From positions 77,748,001 through 77,812,000 of the forward strand of contig OX597821.1 of NCBI GenBank assembly GCA_951406725.2: a stretch of DNA of 64,000 nt, written 5' to 3'. Of this stretch, positions 37,935 to 51,365 are shown in pieces. How positions within the stretch are numbered: position 1 is the first letter of the stretch; each line of letters begins with the position of its first letter. This DNA comes from Octopus vulgaris. Taxonomy: Eukaryota. The notes beneath the pieces are model-generated. The model made no database searches. It saw nothing but the letters and a program-made list of their open reading frames with translations, and was not told the origin of the DNA. The translations under genes were made by a program, and so were the position numbers.

Positions 37935-38166
37935 GGGTGTTGAAAAGGGCTCTCTGCAGTAAGTATTTAATGGTTTTTGGGCAGTTCTTGTACACTGATC
38001 CTTTACTTGCTCCCCAGAAAAAAGTCTGGTGGTGTTAAATCAGGTGATCTTGGTGGCCAAAGTCCCTTTGAAATAATCCGTTCACCAAAAAACTCTTGAA
38101 GTAGTGCCATGGTGATGCGCAGGATGAAAAAAATTCACTGTGGTGAGACTTTTTGAACACCCTGTG
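37931..38166. mobile_element. Tc1/mariner-type MITE nested in a SINE
   Basis: TA flanks; TIRs CACAGGGTGTT(G)AAAAG / CTTTTTGAACACCCTGTG. Confidence 0.75.
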
Positions 38167-38192
38167 TATGTATGTATGTATGTATGTATGTA

Positions 38193-38259
<67 letters not shown>

Positions 38260-39050
38260 CCAACCGGCCTCTTTCAGTTTCCGTCTACCAAATCCACTTA
38301 CAATGCTTTGGTTGGCCCGGGGCTATAGTAGAAGACACTTGCCAAGGTGCCATGTCATGGGACTGAACCTGGAACCATGTGGTTGGTAAGCAAGCTACTT
38401 ACCACACAGCCACTCCTGCACCTATATATTTAAATACCCAGCAGCACATTTTTGTTTATGGAGGACTTGAACATGAGATAGTATCAAAAGGTTCCAGGAC
38501 TAGTTATGTTTGATAACAAATAACTTATCTCCCTAATTTTTAACATCGTCTCCTTTGAAATAGTCCCCTAGCACAGCAATACCCAAGTCCCAGGGATCCT
38601 GCCACTTTGGGAATGTGACCTGGAAGTCATTTTCTGTTAGCTAGTTGAGGACTTTCTGTGATTCGTTCTGCATCTCAACAGCGGTGTTAAAACAGCAACC
38701 TTTGAGCTGCATTTTCATCTTGGGGGAAGAGACAGAAGTCCACAGGGGCTAAATCTGGTGAATAGAGAAAGGGTCTTTCATGCAGGGTCAATGTAAAGCG
38801 ACATACATTTCATATTCTGCATTTTATGTTAAAAAATGAGGGATCATCGAATACCTACCTTGTTTCAATCATTTGACTGTGGCCATGCTGGAGCACTGCC
38901 TTTAGTCGAGCAAATCGACCCCAGGACTTATTCTTTGTAGGCCTCGTACTTATTCTATCGACCTCTTTTGCCGAACTGCTAAGTTACGGGGACGTAAACA
39001 CACCAGCATCAGTTGTCAAGCGATGTTGGGGGGACAAACATATACACACT

Positions 39051-39087
<37 letters not shown>

Positions 39088-39725
39088 CGTCTACCAAATC
39101 CACTCACAAGGCTTTGGTCGGCTCGAGGCTATAGTAGAAGATAATTGCCCAAGGTGCCATGCAATGGGACTGAACACGGAACCATGTGGTTGGTAAGCAA
39201 GCTATTTACCACACAGCCACTCCTACGCCTATCTAATGCCCACCTTTTCAGTTCATTGGTTGAATAAATGGTTGCCCTAGCTTGAGTTTTGAGTTCTAAA
39301 TCAAAGGTGTTTTGATCAATGAAACCTGGGCTATTTGAAATTTTTTAATATTTTCTATTTAAATTAGAAAAACGTAGATGATGATGATGTGATAAGTTCA
39401 CCAAAGTACTACTTCAAAGTGTGATTATGCAAGGCTGGAATTCATCATACATTTATACACACACGCATACATATGTATGCATGTAAGTATGTAAGTCTCT
39501 GTCACCATCATTTCATGTCTATGTTCCATACGTGTGTGTGTGTGGGGGTGCAGATGTGTGTGTGGGTGCAGGTGTGGCTGTGGGGTTAAGAAATTAGCTT
39601 CCCAGCCCCATGGTTTCAGGCTCAGTTCCACTGAGTGCCACTGTGGACAACTGTCTTCTACTAAAGCTTTCTGACTGGATATGCTAAATGGAAACTGAAA
39701 GAAATCCATCATATACTTAAATATA

Positions 39726-39770
<45 letters not shown>

Positions 39771-40289
39771 CAAAACTGGACAAGAACGCAAGCCATCCGG
39801 ACAGTTAGGTAATACACAAAACATCCAGATAGACGATACAAAGAAAACAAGGACGGGTCATTCAAAGTTTTCTTTCCTCAGTCAAGTACCAGATTATCTT
39901 TGCAATTTTGGCTGATTATACTTGAGATTGCTCCAATTTGGCCAGCCCCTAGGAAAAACTAAGCTAAGAGCATTAGATTCCTTGGAAGAAAACAGCGAAT
40001 GTATACAAAAACAAGGATGGAAAAAAAAAAATGGACATATATATATATGTAGCTCTTATGAAGTTATAAGGTGTTACTCAGGCCCCCAACTATGAGTCCA
40101 TTGCATCTTAGAGCAGAAACAACTGTAAGCTAATGAAGTTCATTAGATAACTATTTCATTATTTATTCCTTTGTCATCTCATTTTCTTTATATGTACGTA
40201 CACACACACATGCATATAAGGTTCATTGTTCTTCCTGTTATTTTTGTTTTGTAGAGGAATTGTCTTGAGTCTTATTCTTGTCGTTGCAG

Positions 40290-40415
40290 CATAACAACTT
40301 CATTAATCTAATGGAACGTCTGGTGTCTCAGCAATTTAGCGCCACAGAAGAGGAATTCATTTTAAAATACAGAAAGAAATATGAAAACCAGCTTTCACAA
40401 ATTCAAATTGAAACC
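40290..40415 (+). CDS. MRPS9: MRPS9 exon 9
   Basis: HNNFINLMERLVSQQFSATEEEFILKYRKKYENQLSQIQIET; gcAG/GTAAGT. Confidence 0.9.
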
Positions 40416-41368
40416 GTAAGTTCCATTTAAACATTACACTTATGATCTATGTAAGAAGCTTGCCTCCCAATCACATGGTTCTGAGTTCAATCCCACATAT
40501 GGCACCTCAGGCAAGTGTCTTCTACTATAGCCTCGGCTGACCAAAACCTTGTGAGTGGATTTGGTAGATGGAAGTTCCATCATGTGAAGTGCTTGTGGCT
40601 CCTTTGATAGGTAAAAACAGAGCTGGATTAAGGCTCATAGAGGCCCTAAGCACTTAAAAGGTTTTGGTGCCCTCAAGTATACATAAATGGTTCAAAATGT
40701 AAACAATAATAAACCATTTTTCAAAATGAAACAAAATTCACAGAAAGATGGAGAATAATGTTTATTTTTGTATGCTTCCACTTTATTTATATTTGAAAAG
40801 TTTTCTCCTTCGTTTTTTTTTTAATTACAATGTGTTCAATGTTATCATTAAAATTAATTTTATGCAAAACTTCTGTAAAGACGGTTACTATTCAAAATAT
40901 TTAAATTTTCTTATTCTTTATGGCAAATCAATTCTTACCATTCTTGAACTGTTTTAAAATATGACAGTGATTGAAAGAAAAATATGTTTAAATAGGATTA
41001 AAATTAATTTTATCTGCCATAAAATTGCAGTTGTTTGTTTCACTAATTGGTGATTAAACCAAACATGAGGATTCTCCTCGTGGATAATTAGTACAAGGGA
41101 GATAATCGTTTCTTCATTAGATTAAAGAATAAGTATTAAAGAATAAGGAAGAAGATGCATAGAACATACATATGTAATTTTCTTTTTGCTTACTTATTAG
41201 GAAGGTCTTAAACTTACTGGTCATAGGTAAACATGTATAGCACCATTTCATTCCTTTTAGAAATTGTCAGTATGACTTAACTCAAGGTAAATAAATTAAG
41301 CTTTTGCAGTGATGGAAAATATTTGTTTTGGTCCTCCTCAGAAATATATATGTTTGTTCTTATTTCAG

Positions 41369-41411
41369 CCTCTTATTGATGAAGATGGTCGCCAGTATGT
41401 AAAAACTGTAG
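41369..41411 (+). CDS. MRPS9: MRPS9 exon 10
   Basis: PLIDEDGRQYVKTV(G); tcAG/GTAAGG, phase 0/1. Confidence 0.9.
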
Positions 41412-43804
41412 GTAAGGTCCAACAATGATTTTGTTTTTTCTACTTAAGTTCTGGTCTGTATTTGAAATAATTTCCACTGATTTATCATAATAGATAGAGG
41501 AGTGGCTGTGTGGTTAAGAAGCTTGCTTTCCAACCTCATGGTTATGGGTTCAACTTCCACTGGGTGACACCTTGGCTTGGGCAAATGTCTTCTACTATAG
41601 CCCCAGGTCGACTAAAACTTTTTGAGTGGATGGAAATTGTATGGAAGCTTGTGTGTGTGTGTGTGTGTTCTTGTCTTGACTTGATGTGACAATTGTACAT
41701 GATCGTCACTATCATAGAAGCAGTGTCCTTCATTTCTAGTCTTCTGTGAAAGAAAGTTGGTGACAGGAAGGCCATCCTACCTTAGAAAGTCTACCTCAGT
41801 AAGCTCCATCTGATCCATGCAAGCATGGGGAAAATGTTAAAAGGATGATGATGAAGATCACTCACTCACTCATGAGCCCTTTTTGAGGCTGACAGTCATC
41901 AGTGCCTGGATGAGGTGTATATAGAAATGGAAGGCAGTCAGAGTTGTGGAGGACCTTCAGCAAAAACAGGGAGTGACTCTTCACCCACATGTAGATGTGT
42001 ATTTTATTTGTGTTTTTGTTTTTTTTTAATTATACTGTTTAATTACATTATGGCCATACTAAACAGATGTATCGATGTTGGCCTCCACCTCATGAGACAC
42101 ATCATAGAAAGGAAGGAGTGGTAAAGAACCTGGCAAAGATGGGGCCTTGATCAATTTGGATCAGTCAAAAGCTTTTGGTAGGGTTGATCATCAGTACTTG
42201 GTGGCTGTCCTGGAGGTGGCATTGAGGTCATTGGCAGTACTCTGAGGAAATACAAAGTAGTGACAGGCACAAAAATTAAGCAAGAGTTGATCCTACAATT
42301 TGGCACTTGAGATGCAGTTCGATACTGTTCAATGGTGTTGTTGCACTGGACAAATGGACAGGTCAAGCTGCTTTGGGTTTGGTTTGATCTAGCCCTCCAC
42401 AATCAAATGGAAATTGTAGTTGTGGCTGATACCAGTGCCACCTGACTGGCTCCCATGCTGGTGGCATACAATAAGCACCATTCATGCTGCGGTGTCGCCA
42501 ATGCCACTTGACTGGCTCCCTGTGCTGGTAGCACATCAAAAGCACCATCTGAATGTGGTCAGTGCCATCCCTCTCGCCCTAGCTGGCTCCTGTGCCAGTG
42601 GCATGTAAAAAGCACCATCTGAACGTGGCCAGTGCCAGTGCTGTCTGACTGTCTCTTGTGCTGGTGGCATGTAAAAAGCACAATCCGAACATGGTTGGTG
42701 CCAGCCTCCTCGCCCCATCTGGGTACTGTGTCAGTGGCGCATAAAAAGCACCCACTACACTCTCAGAGTGGTTGGCATTAGGAAGGACATCCAGCTGTAG
42801 AAACATTGCCAGATCAGATTGGAGCCTGGTGTGGCCTCCTGGCTTGCCAGACCCCGGTCAAACCATCCAACTCATGCCAGCATGGAAAACAGACGTTAAA
42901 CGATGATGGTGATGATGATGATGATGATGATGAATATGCTACTGAGAAATAGTAGTATGCTCAGAGAACATTGGCTGTCATGGACAAGATGACAGAAGAG
43001 GAATATAAAGAGAGAGACCGAATGAGATGATTTGGCATGGCTGTTTTGGTGCTGAAGATTTGGCACAGCTGACTGGACATTCAACATGTTTGAGTGACGG
43101 TAATTTTTGGTGCCAGGAAATATACACAAACAGATAGAGACAGCCAAGCATTTTCTCTGTAGTAAGACAGCTATTCCTGTCCCTCTGTCATGCACCAACC
43201 TCTTGCATGATACATGGCCACTTCTCTCACTTCCTCTCCTTCATTGAGCTGAGGGATCCTCCTCTTGCAGACTACTTGGTGACCTTGTGGGTGCTAATGC
43301 CACATTAAAGGCACCCTGTGCTGGCAACACATAAAAGGCACCCTGTACACTGTGTAAAGTTGTTGGCATAAGGAAGGGCATCCAGACATAGAAAGCATGC
43401 CTGGTGCAGCCCTCAGGCTTGCCAGCATGGAAAACAGACATTAAATGACGATAATGATAAACGAAGTAAATGCTCATATACACAAACAAAGAGAGAGAGA
43501 GAGAGAGAGAGATAGAGAAAGAGAGAGAGAAGGAGAGAAACATTTGAAATGTCTGACACCAAATAAATCAGTGTCAGCTCAGCAGTCGCGATTAGGTAGC
43601 ACCAGAATGGCCGTGACAAAACACACCCATGAACAGAATGGTTGTATTGCTGACCTAGCCAAACCACGTCACCATGGTAAAACAAATGTTACTATAATGG
43701 TGAGGATGATGATGATGATGATGATGATGACAATAAAGAGTATTATTTTGTTAAAATATATTCCGAGTTCACATTTTTGTAAGGTCATTTTATTTTCTTC
43801 CCAG

Positions 43805-43910
43805 GAAAAAGAAAATCATGTCTGACTTCTCTTACGCTGTGGATTCAAGGCAGTGGGAAGTTTACAATCAATGGTCAAGACTTACTTTACTTTAGATCGA
43901 AATCATCAAG
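43805..43910 (+). CDS. MRPS9: MRPS9 exon 11 (start of ribosomal S9 domain)
   Basis: (G)KRKSCLTSLTLWIQGSGKFTINGQDLLYFRSKSS(R); G.RK...G.G.F.ING S9 motif. Confidence 0.95.
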
Positions 43911-44201
43911 GTAAGAATAGTTTTTTCCTTGTCTCAAATTGTCCCTTTCTCCATTCTAATAATCCAGCCTTGCAGATCTTCTACAGCCAGACTCCCCCCT
44001 CCCTGTTGCCAACCCTCTTCGGTATCTAAGAAAGATAATGTTTCCCCATGGCCGAACCCTTTCTTTGCAGAATATTGAAAATGAATGACACTGCTTGTGT
44101 GACAGTGACACTCGTTTACAATCATCATGTTATGTCTCAACAAGAGTACACACATGTACACATGCATACATGTGTGTGTGTATGTGTGTGCATGCATATA
44201 G

Positions 44202-44245
<44 letters not shown>

Positions 44246-44310
44246 TAAATGTAACAACAAAAGAGTGAGATGTAGATATTAGAGAAATAGAGGGTTGTTT
44301 ATATATGTTA

Positions 44311-45100
44311 CTAGCAGCATAGCCCAGCGTTGCCCAGGTATGTAAGAACTCCTAGTAGGCAACGACTAATCCCAATCTAGTCCTTTCCCTCTAGGGAACG
44401 AAGGCGCATGTGTAGGTTGCAATGTCTTCTCTTCACTCCCAAATAACTATCAAATAGCTATCGATAATTCAACCCAACCAATTCCTAACAGGAAGAAATT
44501 ACATTCGAGACTTTACCCCCACTTCTGCTAATAGCTGCTGCAGCCTCAAGTTATTCGAATACTTTTTTTGTTTACACTTTCTTTATAACTACCACCCCAA
44601 ACGTTTTACCTTAAATTTTTGATGTACCCTAAGGGTCCTCAGACGCTACTTGCAAACTCTTGGTTTATTATAAACCGCTTTTGTCGTGTGCACCAAAAAA
44701 CCTTTTTCATTTGTTTGTTCAGTTTGGTCACTTTTGACTTTTTCGTTGTTGTCACTCACATTGCTGCCCGCTTTTTTGCCGTTTTTGTACATTTTTATAC
44801 ATTTTGGGATACTTACCCCATGTGTTCCGAGAGTTAAAAAGGTCGAGTTGTGTCCCCTAGATGGTCTGTAGAAAATGTGTTGCATATAAAAAGCTTAGAT
44901 TCTCGACCCATGTCGAATTTATCGATTTTTTTTCAGAACTGGGGGAACTTTTCAAAATTTTTGCTGCGTTAGTTTTAAATTATGACATTGGGCTATGTGT
45001 GTGTCAAGTTTCATCAGAATCGGTTGAAAGCCGTGGTCAGGGTGAGGGTACAACCTGACAGACACACAGACAGACAAACTGCCGTTTATATATATAGAGA
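44311..45100 (-). mobile_element. Non-autonomous Helitron-like element
   Basis: On - strand: 5' TC start, 3' CTAG end preceded by an imperfect GC-rich hairpin (GGGCAACGCTGGGC), inserted between A and T; (GACA)n near the 5' end. Confidence 0.75.
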
Positions 45101-45496
45101 TAATTTAGAACAAACTGTAAAAGGTTATCATTATAGTACTTGGAGTTTCAAATGTTGGAGAGAAGAGCTATGGTACATTCTTGTCAGCTATGAAATCCAT
45201 TAAATATAAGGGGAGTAAAAGAAAAAAACATAAAGAATATTGTAAAAAATATATAAAATATATATATATAAATATACACCCAACTACATTCTCACAATAC
45301 ATAGACATAAACCTTCTAAATTCACGTCTGCATACGCACACACTCACACAAACATGTATTTGTACATGCACACGCACACACACACACACACATATACATA
45401 TATGTATATATGTACACAGCCTCATCCTCATATACACATAGGTGCTTACATGCATACACATAACAATACACATATATTTATACATTTACATATATC

Positions 45497-45544
<48 letters not shown>

Positions 45545-45556
45545 CCAAGTACTATA

Positions 45557-45960
45557 GGTGCAGGAGTGGCTGTGTTGGTAAGTAGCTTACTAACCAACCA
45601 CATGGTTCCGGGTTCAGTCCCACTGCGTGGCATCTTGGGCAAGTGTCTTCTGCTATAGCCCCGGGCCGACCAATGCCTTGTGAGTGGATTTGGTAGACGG
45701 AAACTGAAAGAAGCCTGTCGTATATATGTATATATATATATGTGTGTGTTTGTGTGTCTGTGTTTGTCCCCCTAGCATCGCTTGACAACCGATGCTGGTG
45801 TGTTTACGTCCCCGTCACTTAGCGGTTCGGCAAAAAAGAGACCGATAGAATAAGTACTGGGCTTACAAAGAATAAGTCCCGGGGTCGAGTTGCTCGATTA
45901 AAGGCGGTGCTCCAGCATGGCCGCAGTCAAATGACTGAAACAAGTAAAAGAGAAAAGAGA
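45557..45960 (+). mobile_element. Full-length, little-diverged tRNA-derived SINE family A
   Basis: CpG-retaining copy with head, CCTTGGGCAAGTGTCTTC-like core, internal microsatellite and (AAAGAG)n tail. Confidence 0.9.
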
Positions 45961-45964
45961 AAGA

Positions 45965-46001
<37 letters not shown>

Positions 46002-46021
46002 CACTCACACACACACACATC

Positions 46022-46053
<32 letters not shown>

Positions 46054-47379
46054 TATATAGACATATGTATGTATATGAGTGTAAGACTGTCTGGTGCACA
46101 TGTGCAATTTTCATGCACAGGCCCCACCACTCCATTTATACGGATATGCATGTTTTTATATGTGCGGGTGTAGGTGTGTGATGGGAGCGTATATATATAC
46201 ATGTGTGTGTGTGAGAGTGTAATTGTATGTCTATAAATATAGTGCCGGTGGTACATAAAAAGCACCATCCGAACGTGACCGATGCCAACCCCGCCTCGAA
46301 TGGCTTCTGTGCCGGTGGCACATAAAAAGCAACATCCGAACGTGGGCGATGCCAGCACCGCTCCGACTGGCTTCTGTGCCGGTGGCACATAAAAAGCACC
46401 AACCGATCGTGGGATCCCGGAACATCTCGCTGTGCTTGAGGAGACCTGTTGAGTCAAGTGCATGTACATGAACATCGAACCAAATATCAATGGAAACAGT
46501 AGTAGTTGTGATACCTGTGCCGGTGACACATAAAAAGCACCATCTGAACGTGGCCGTCGCCAGTGCAGCCTCCACTGGCTTCTGTGCCGGTGGCACATAA
46601 AAAGCACCATCCGAACGTGACCGATGCCAACCCCGCCTCAAATGGGTTCTGTGCCGGTGGCACATAAAAAGCAACATCCAAACGTGGCCGATGCCAGACC
46701 CCTCTGGCACCTGTGCAGGTGGCACGTAAAAAGCACCCACTACACTCGCGGAGTGGTTGGCGTTAGGAAGGGCATCCAGCTGTAGAAACACTGCCAGATC
46801 AGACTGGAGCCTGGGGCAGCCCCTGGCTCCCCAGATCCCGGTCGAACCGTCCAACCCGTGCTAGCGCGGAAAACGGACGTTAAACGATGATGATGATATA
46901 TATATATATATATATACGTATATTTATACCTATAAATGTCTAAATATATATGTATTATGTTACATGTAGGCAAGGAAGCGCCTATGTGTATATAAGGATG
47001 AGGCTGCATACATATATATATACATGCATGGGTGCGTGTGTGGATATGTGTAAGTACTTACATATATGTTAGTGTGTTTAGTGTATGTGTGCATGTATGT
47101 ATACATGTTTGTGTGAGTGTGTATGTATGTAGCCGTTGTGAGTGCAGGAGGTTTATGTCTATATATTGTGAGAATGTGGTTGTGTGTATATTTTTAATAA
47201 TATTTTTTATCTTATTTCTTTTTCCACCTATCAGAGTTACTTCCCTTTTACTTGACTGTTTATTTTTTCCGTAGTGTCTGTTGCTATTAATAGACGACAA
47301 GAATGTATCGTAGCTCTCCGTTCTGGCATTCGAAACAACAAATACTATCATGACAACCTCTTACTGTTTATTCTAATTT

Positions 47380-47416
<37 letters not shown>

Positions 47417-47457
47417 GTGTTACGTTGTTTGTTTTCGAAGCATTGAAATGTATTGTA

Positions 47458-47613
47458 GAACAAGCAGAAAGATATATTTTATTCAATATGTACATGCTGA
47501 ACAGTAAATATTTAAAGGATAAAATCCCTTTTTTTTTTAAACGGGATTTTATCCTTTAAATATGTACTGTTCAGTATCCATGCGTTGAATAAAATTTATC
47601 TTTCTACTTGTTC
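47458..47613. repeat. Palindrome (~70-bp arms)
   Basis: TTTAAAGGATAAAATCCC...GGGATTTTATCCTTTAAA and GAACAAG.AGAAAGATA / TATCTTTCT.CTTGTTC. Confidence 0.85.
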
Positions 47614-47623
47614 AATATATGTG

Positions 47624-47671
<48 letters not shown>

Positions 47672-48961
47672 TATATTTAGATGTTTGAAGCAGCAATTAA
47701 GGAGGTGAAGGCAGGGAAGGACTGCTAGGTATAGTTGCTGAGATGCTAAACTATCTGCTGAGGTGGACCATGCATTAGTTATATGCACAACAAGGAGGCA
47801 TAAGAAGCTGTTATGCCCAATGTTATGCTGTAGTATTAATAGTAGTAGTAGTAGTAGTAATAGTGTCAACACCATCTGCTACAAGAGCAAAGGAGCTGTG
47901 CTTGGGAGTGTGAACTACAGTGGCATGAAGTTGGTGGACCTGGTTATAATTAGGAACTGAATTAACTTAGATGTTTGGATTGAAGATGTACAACTGTTGC
48001 TTTTTCCCTCATGAGACAACTGCAGCCATATTTAGCTAGGGCTAAGTTGCTGTGTCTATCTTTTTGTTGATTTAGAGCCCAGTCTGATCTGGCAGTGTTT
48101 CTACAGCTGGATGCCCTTCCTAATGCCAACTCATGGAGTGGTTGGCATTAAGAAGGGCATTCAGCTGTAGAAACAATGCCAGATCAGACTGAAGCCTGGT
48201 GCAGCCTCCTGGCTTCCCAGGCCCCGGTCGAACTGTCCAACCCATGCTAGCAGGGAAAGTGGACATTAAACGATGATGATGATGATGATGAGAGCCCTTA
48301 CAGTGGTGATGACCCTTACACTGACCTTCTCTTATCAATTATGAGACGTTTTGGACACAGCTGGTTTGGCACCACCTATTTGCTGTTGCTGATCCTGTAA
48401 TGACTCATCTGATATCAGATGTTTTAATGCTTCTCTCCCCTCCCCCTCCTTCCCTCTCTCTACCCCTCACTGTTTGTGTGTGTTGGCTTATTTCTCTTTA
48501 TCTGTATGAAGAGAAGAAAGTGTTTGTGTCAGTGATGTTTGATTAATAAATTGTAATCTCTCACTGTATATGTGTGTGCGTGTTTGCGTCTAGTGTCAGA
48601 AATTACTATCTTCAGAACAGGCTCAGTGTCCAGTCAGCCGTACCACATCACCAGTGTCCAGTCAGCCGTACCACATCACCAGTGTCCAAACAGCTGCACC
48701 CAATCATCCCATTCTTCCACTTTTTATTTGTAGTAACTTTGCTTATAATGCTTCACTAAAGTCGATGTTTATTCATACCCTGTTGGATTTCATCCACCCT
48801 CTTATCATTATCATCATCATCATCATTATCGTTTAACGTCTGCTTTCCATGCTAGCATGGGTTGGACGGTTCGACTGGTGTTTGGGAAGCCAGGCGGCTG
48901 CACCAGGCCCAGTCTGATCTGGCAGTGTATCTGACTATAAAAGCTATTTTTATTTATTTAG

Positions 48962-49131
48962 AGCACAGTTGATGTATCCACTTCAGTTTGTGAAGAAAAT
49001 TGGAGAAGTTGATGTGGAAGCTACTGTAGAAGGTGGTGGCCACACCAGTCAGGCTGGTTCCATTCGATTTGCGTTGTCCAAGGCCTTGGCTTCTTTTATG
49101 GACAGTGCAACAGTTGAGAAGATGCGGTTAG
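48962..49131 (+). CDS. MRPS9: MRPS9 exon 12
   Basis: AQLMYPLQFVKKIGEVDVEATVEGGGHTSQAGSIRFALSKALASF...KMRL; S9 signature GGG..SQAG.IR. Confidence 0.96.
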
Positions 49132-49654
49132 GTAAGGGATTTTCGTTTCCAATATTCTTTTAAATTCAGCTGTTCTTTTATTCTTTTACTTGTCTCTGTC
49201 ATTTGACTTGGCTGTGCTGGAGCACTGCTATATTCATCTAGCTGTTATTGTGTAACCCTAGGTCAGTTTTGATCCTGTAGATAAGCATTCTAGCCATGAT
49301 TATCCATCTTTGTTTTCAGGCATAATATATCTAAGATGACATTATCAAATATGTCCTCTGTTTAAAATTGTAAATGACCCCCTTCGGTCATGAATGACTG
49401 TGGGATTGCACCTGGGAAGTTACCTTCCAAGGCACAAATCCAGGCAAAGTTGTTTATGGAAGACCAGCAATCGCCCCTGCACACTAGCCTCTCAACTCCA
49501 TACCACCGATGTTATCAAAGGGAAAGGTAAAGGCCGATACAGCTTGGCACCAGTGATGTTGCAACTCATTTCTACAGCTGAGTGAACAGGAGCAACATGA
49601 AATAAATTGACTTGCTCAAGAAGACAACAGACAGCCTGGGCCAGGAATTGAACA

Positions 49655-49753
49655 CACAGGCATATGGTGTAGTGGTTAAGGGCACGGGCTACTAACCCCA
49701 AGATTCTGAGTTCGATTCCAGGCAGTGACCTGAATAACAATAATAATAACAAT

Positions 49754-49784
<31 letters not shown>

Positions 49785-49955
49785 TCGTCATCGTCATCAT
49801 CATCATCATCATCATCAAAAAATACCTTAGGAATGAGAACCCAGGTTTGAAATTTCCCCAAGACAGCTGATGAAGGCTGGAAGGTATATCAGCCGAAACT
49901 TTGTGTTAACAACAAACAAGATGAGGACAAATATCCGTCAAATGTAAATAATGTA
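49655..49955 (+). mobile_element. tRNA-headed, hammerhead-containing SINE-like element inserted into another SINE
   Basis: A-box-like TGGTGTAGTGG, B-box-like GAGTTCGATTCC, (AAT/AAC/ATC)n, then CTGATGA-aggctg...cagcc-GAAA at 49867-49898; same family as 11259-11734. Confidence 0.8.
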
Positions 49956-51286
49956 AAAAATTTCACTACTTCATAATTGTGAGCCCAACGCTCTAACCAA
50001 TGTGCCACGTGCCTTTTAAAGTTGTAATATTGTGTGATTTACGGGAGCCTGCTAGAAATAGCAAGTGAATTTTATTCCAAACATGTTTTGAATGTCTACA
50101 GAAAATAAAGAATTTTGGTATGGTAAAAACTTGTGTCCCTGAAAGACACCCACAGACTAAGGTACTTTAAAATCAATGTCACATTAACAGCAAATTATGT
50201 TTCTTCATTTCAGGAAAATGAAAATGAAAGTGTCTGCCTCTCAAGTATTCTCATCTCAGTGTATCTGATAAAATTAATAAAACTCGTCTACTCCCATGTA
50301 TCTCCTTTGCAACAAGACATCTATTCCTGTTCCTCTTTCCTACTTAAGCATCTCTACTCTTGGCACGATGCCACCCACCCTCAATACTGCATTCCCACTC
50401 TGTGAAGGAGTTTTTACTTGCATGTTACTTAGCGACCCTACCAGTGCTGGTGCTATGAAAAAAGCACCCAGTACACTCTGGTAAAGTGGTTCCTGGTAGG
50501 AAGAGCAACCAATCATAGAAACCTTGCTGAGGGAGATATTGGAGACCCACATGACCCTCGGGTTAGTTGGATTTTGTCGAACCATGCAAACCTGTGTTCC
50601 TCAACCATCTCCTCTGGAACCCTGTTTCCTCTTTTACCCTACTGGACCTTCATAGTTCTTCGATATTTAAAAAAATCCAATTTTTATAATTAAATATTAT
50701 TAAGTATTGTGTAAAAAAAAAATTGTTAAAATATTCTGTGTATTATAAAAGTATAACCAGTTTATTGCAGATAAATTTTAGCAACAAAATCTTGTATGAA
50801 GGGCCACATGGGCCTCAGTTGAGAACCAAGGGCCACATGAGCCTTAGTTGAGAACCACTGCTCTAAACCATGTCAGCATGAAAGAAGGACAGGATGACTT
50901 AGGCAGACATTAGTTGAATGTCTGCCTGACTGGAATAAGGGATAAGTCTGTGTACTGTAGCATTATTTAAACCAGTTTTTAACCCTTTTGCTACCAACCC
51001 AGCTGAAACTGGCTCTGAGTACAAATGTCTTGTTTTCTTAAAATCTTCCACCAAACCTTAGTCACAATTAATGTTCCTAACACTAGCTTAATGATAACGA
51101 AGTTGTTTTACTAAATTCTTTGTTATATTTAAAGTAATTGAAAGAAACACAGTGCATTTCAAAATAAATACAGTAATGAAAGGGTTAAACAGACAATGTA
51201 GCTTATTGAAGAATGCTTAAGTTAGCCGTGTTGCTGAAAGAAAAGAACCAGAAGAAGAAAAGTAATTTCCTGTTTCTATATTGCAG

Positions 51287-51365
51287 CTGGACTTTTGATG
51301 AGAGATTTGCGCCGCAAAGAACGTAAAAAGCCTGGTCAACCAAAAGCTAGGAAAAAGAGTACTTG
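51287..51365 (+). CDS. MRPS9: MRPS9 exon 13
   Basis: (A)[25 protein letters not shown]; S9 C-terminal ERKKPG..KAR motif. Confidence 0.96.

Noticed and set aside
49659-49730. tRNA gene candidates in SINE heads (also ~55930-55991)
   Set aside because: A/B boxes are present but there is no convincing acceptor stem or cloverleaf; they are parts of dispersed repeats.
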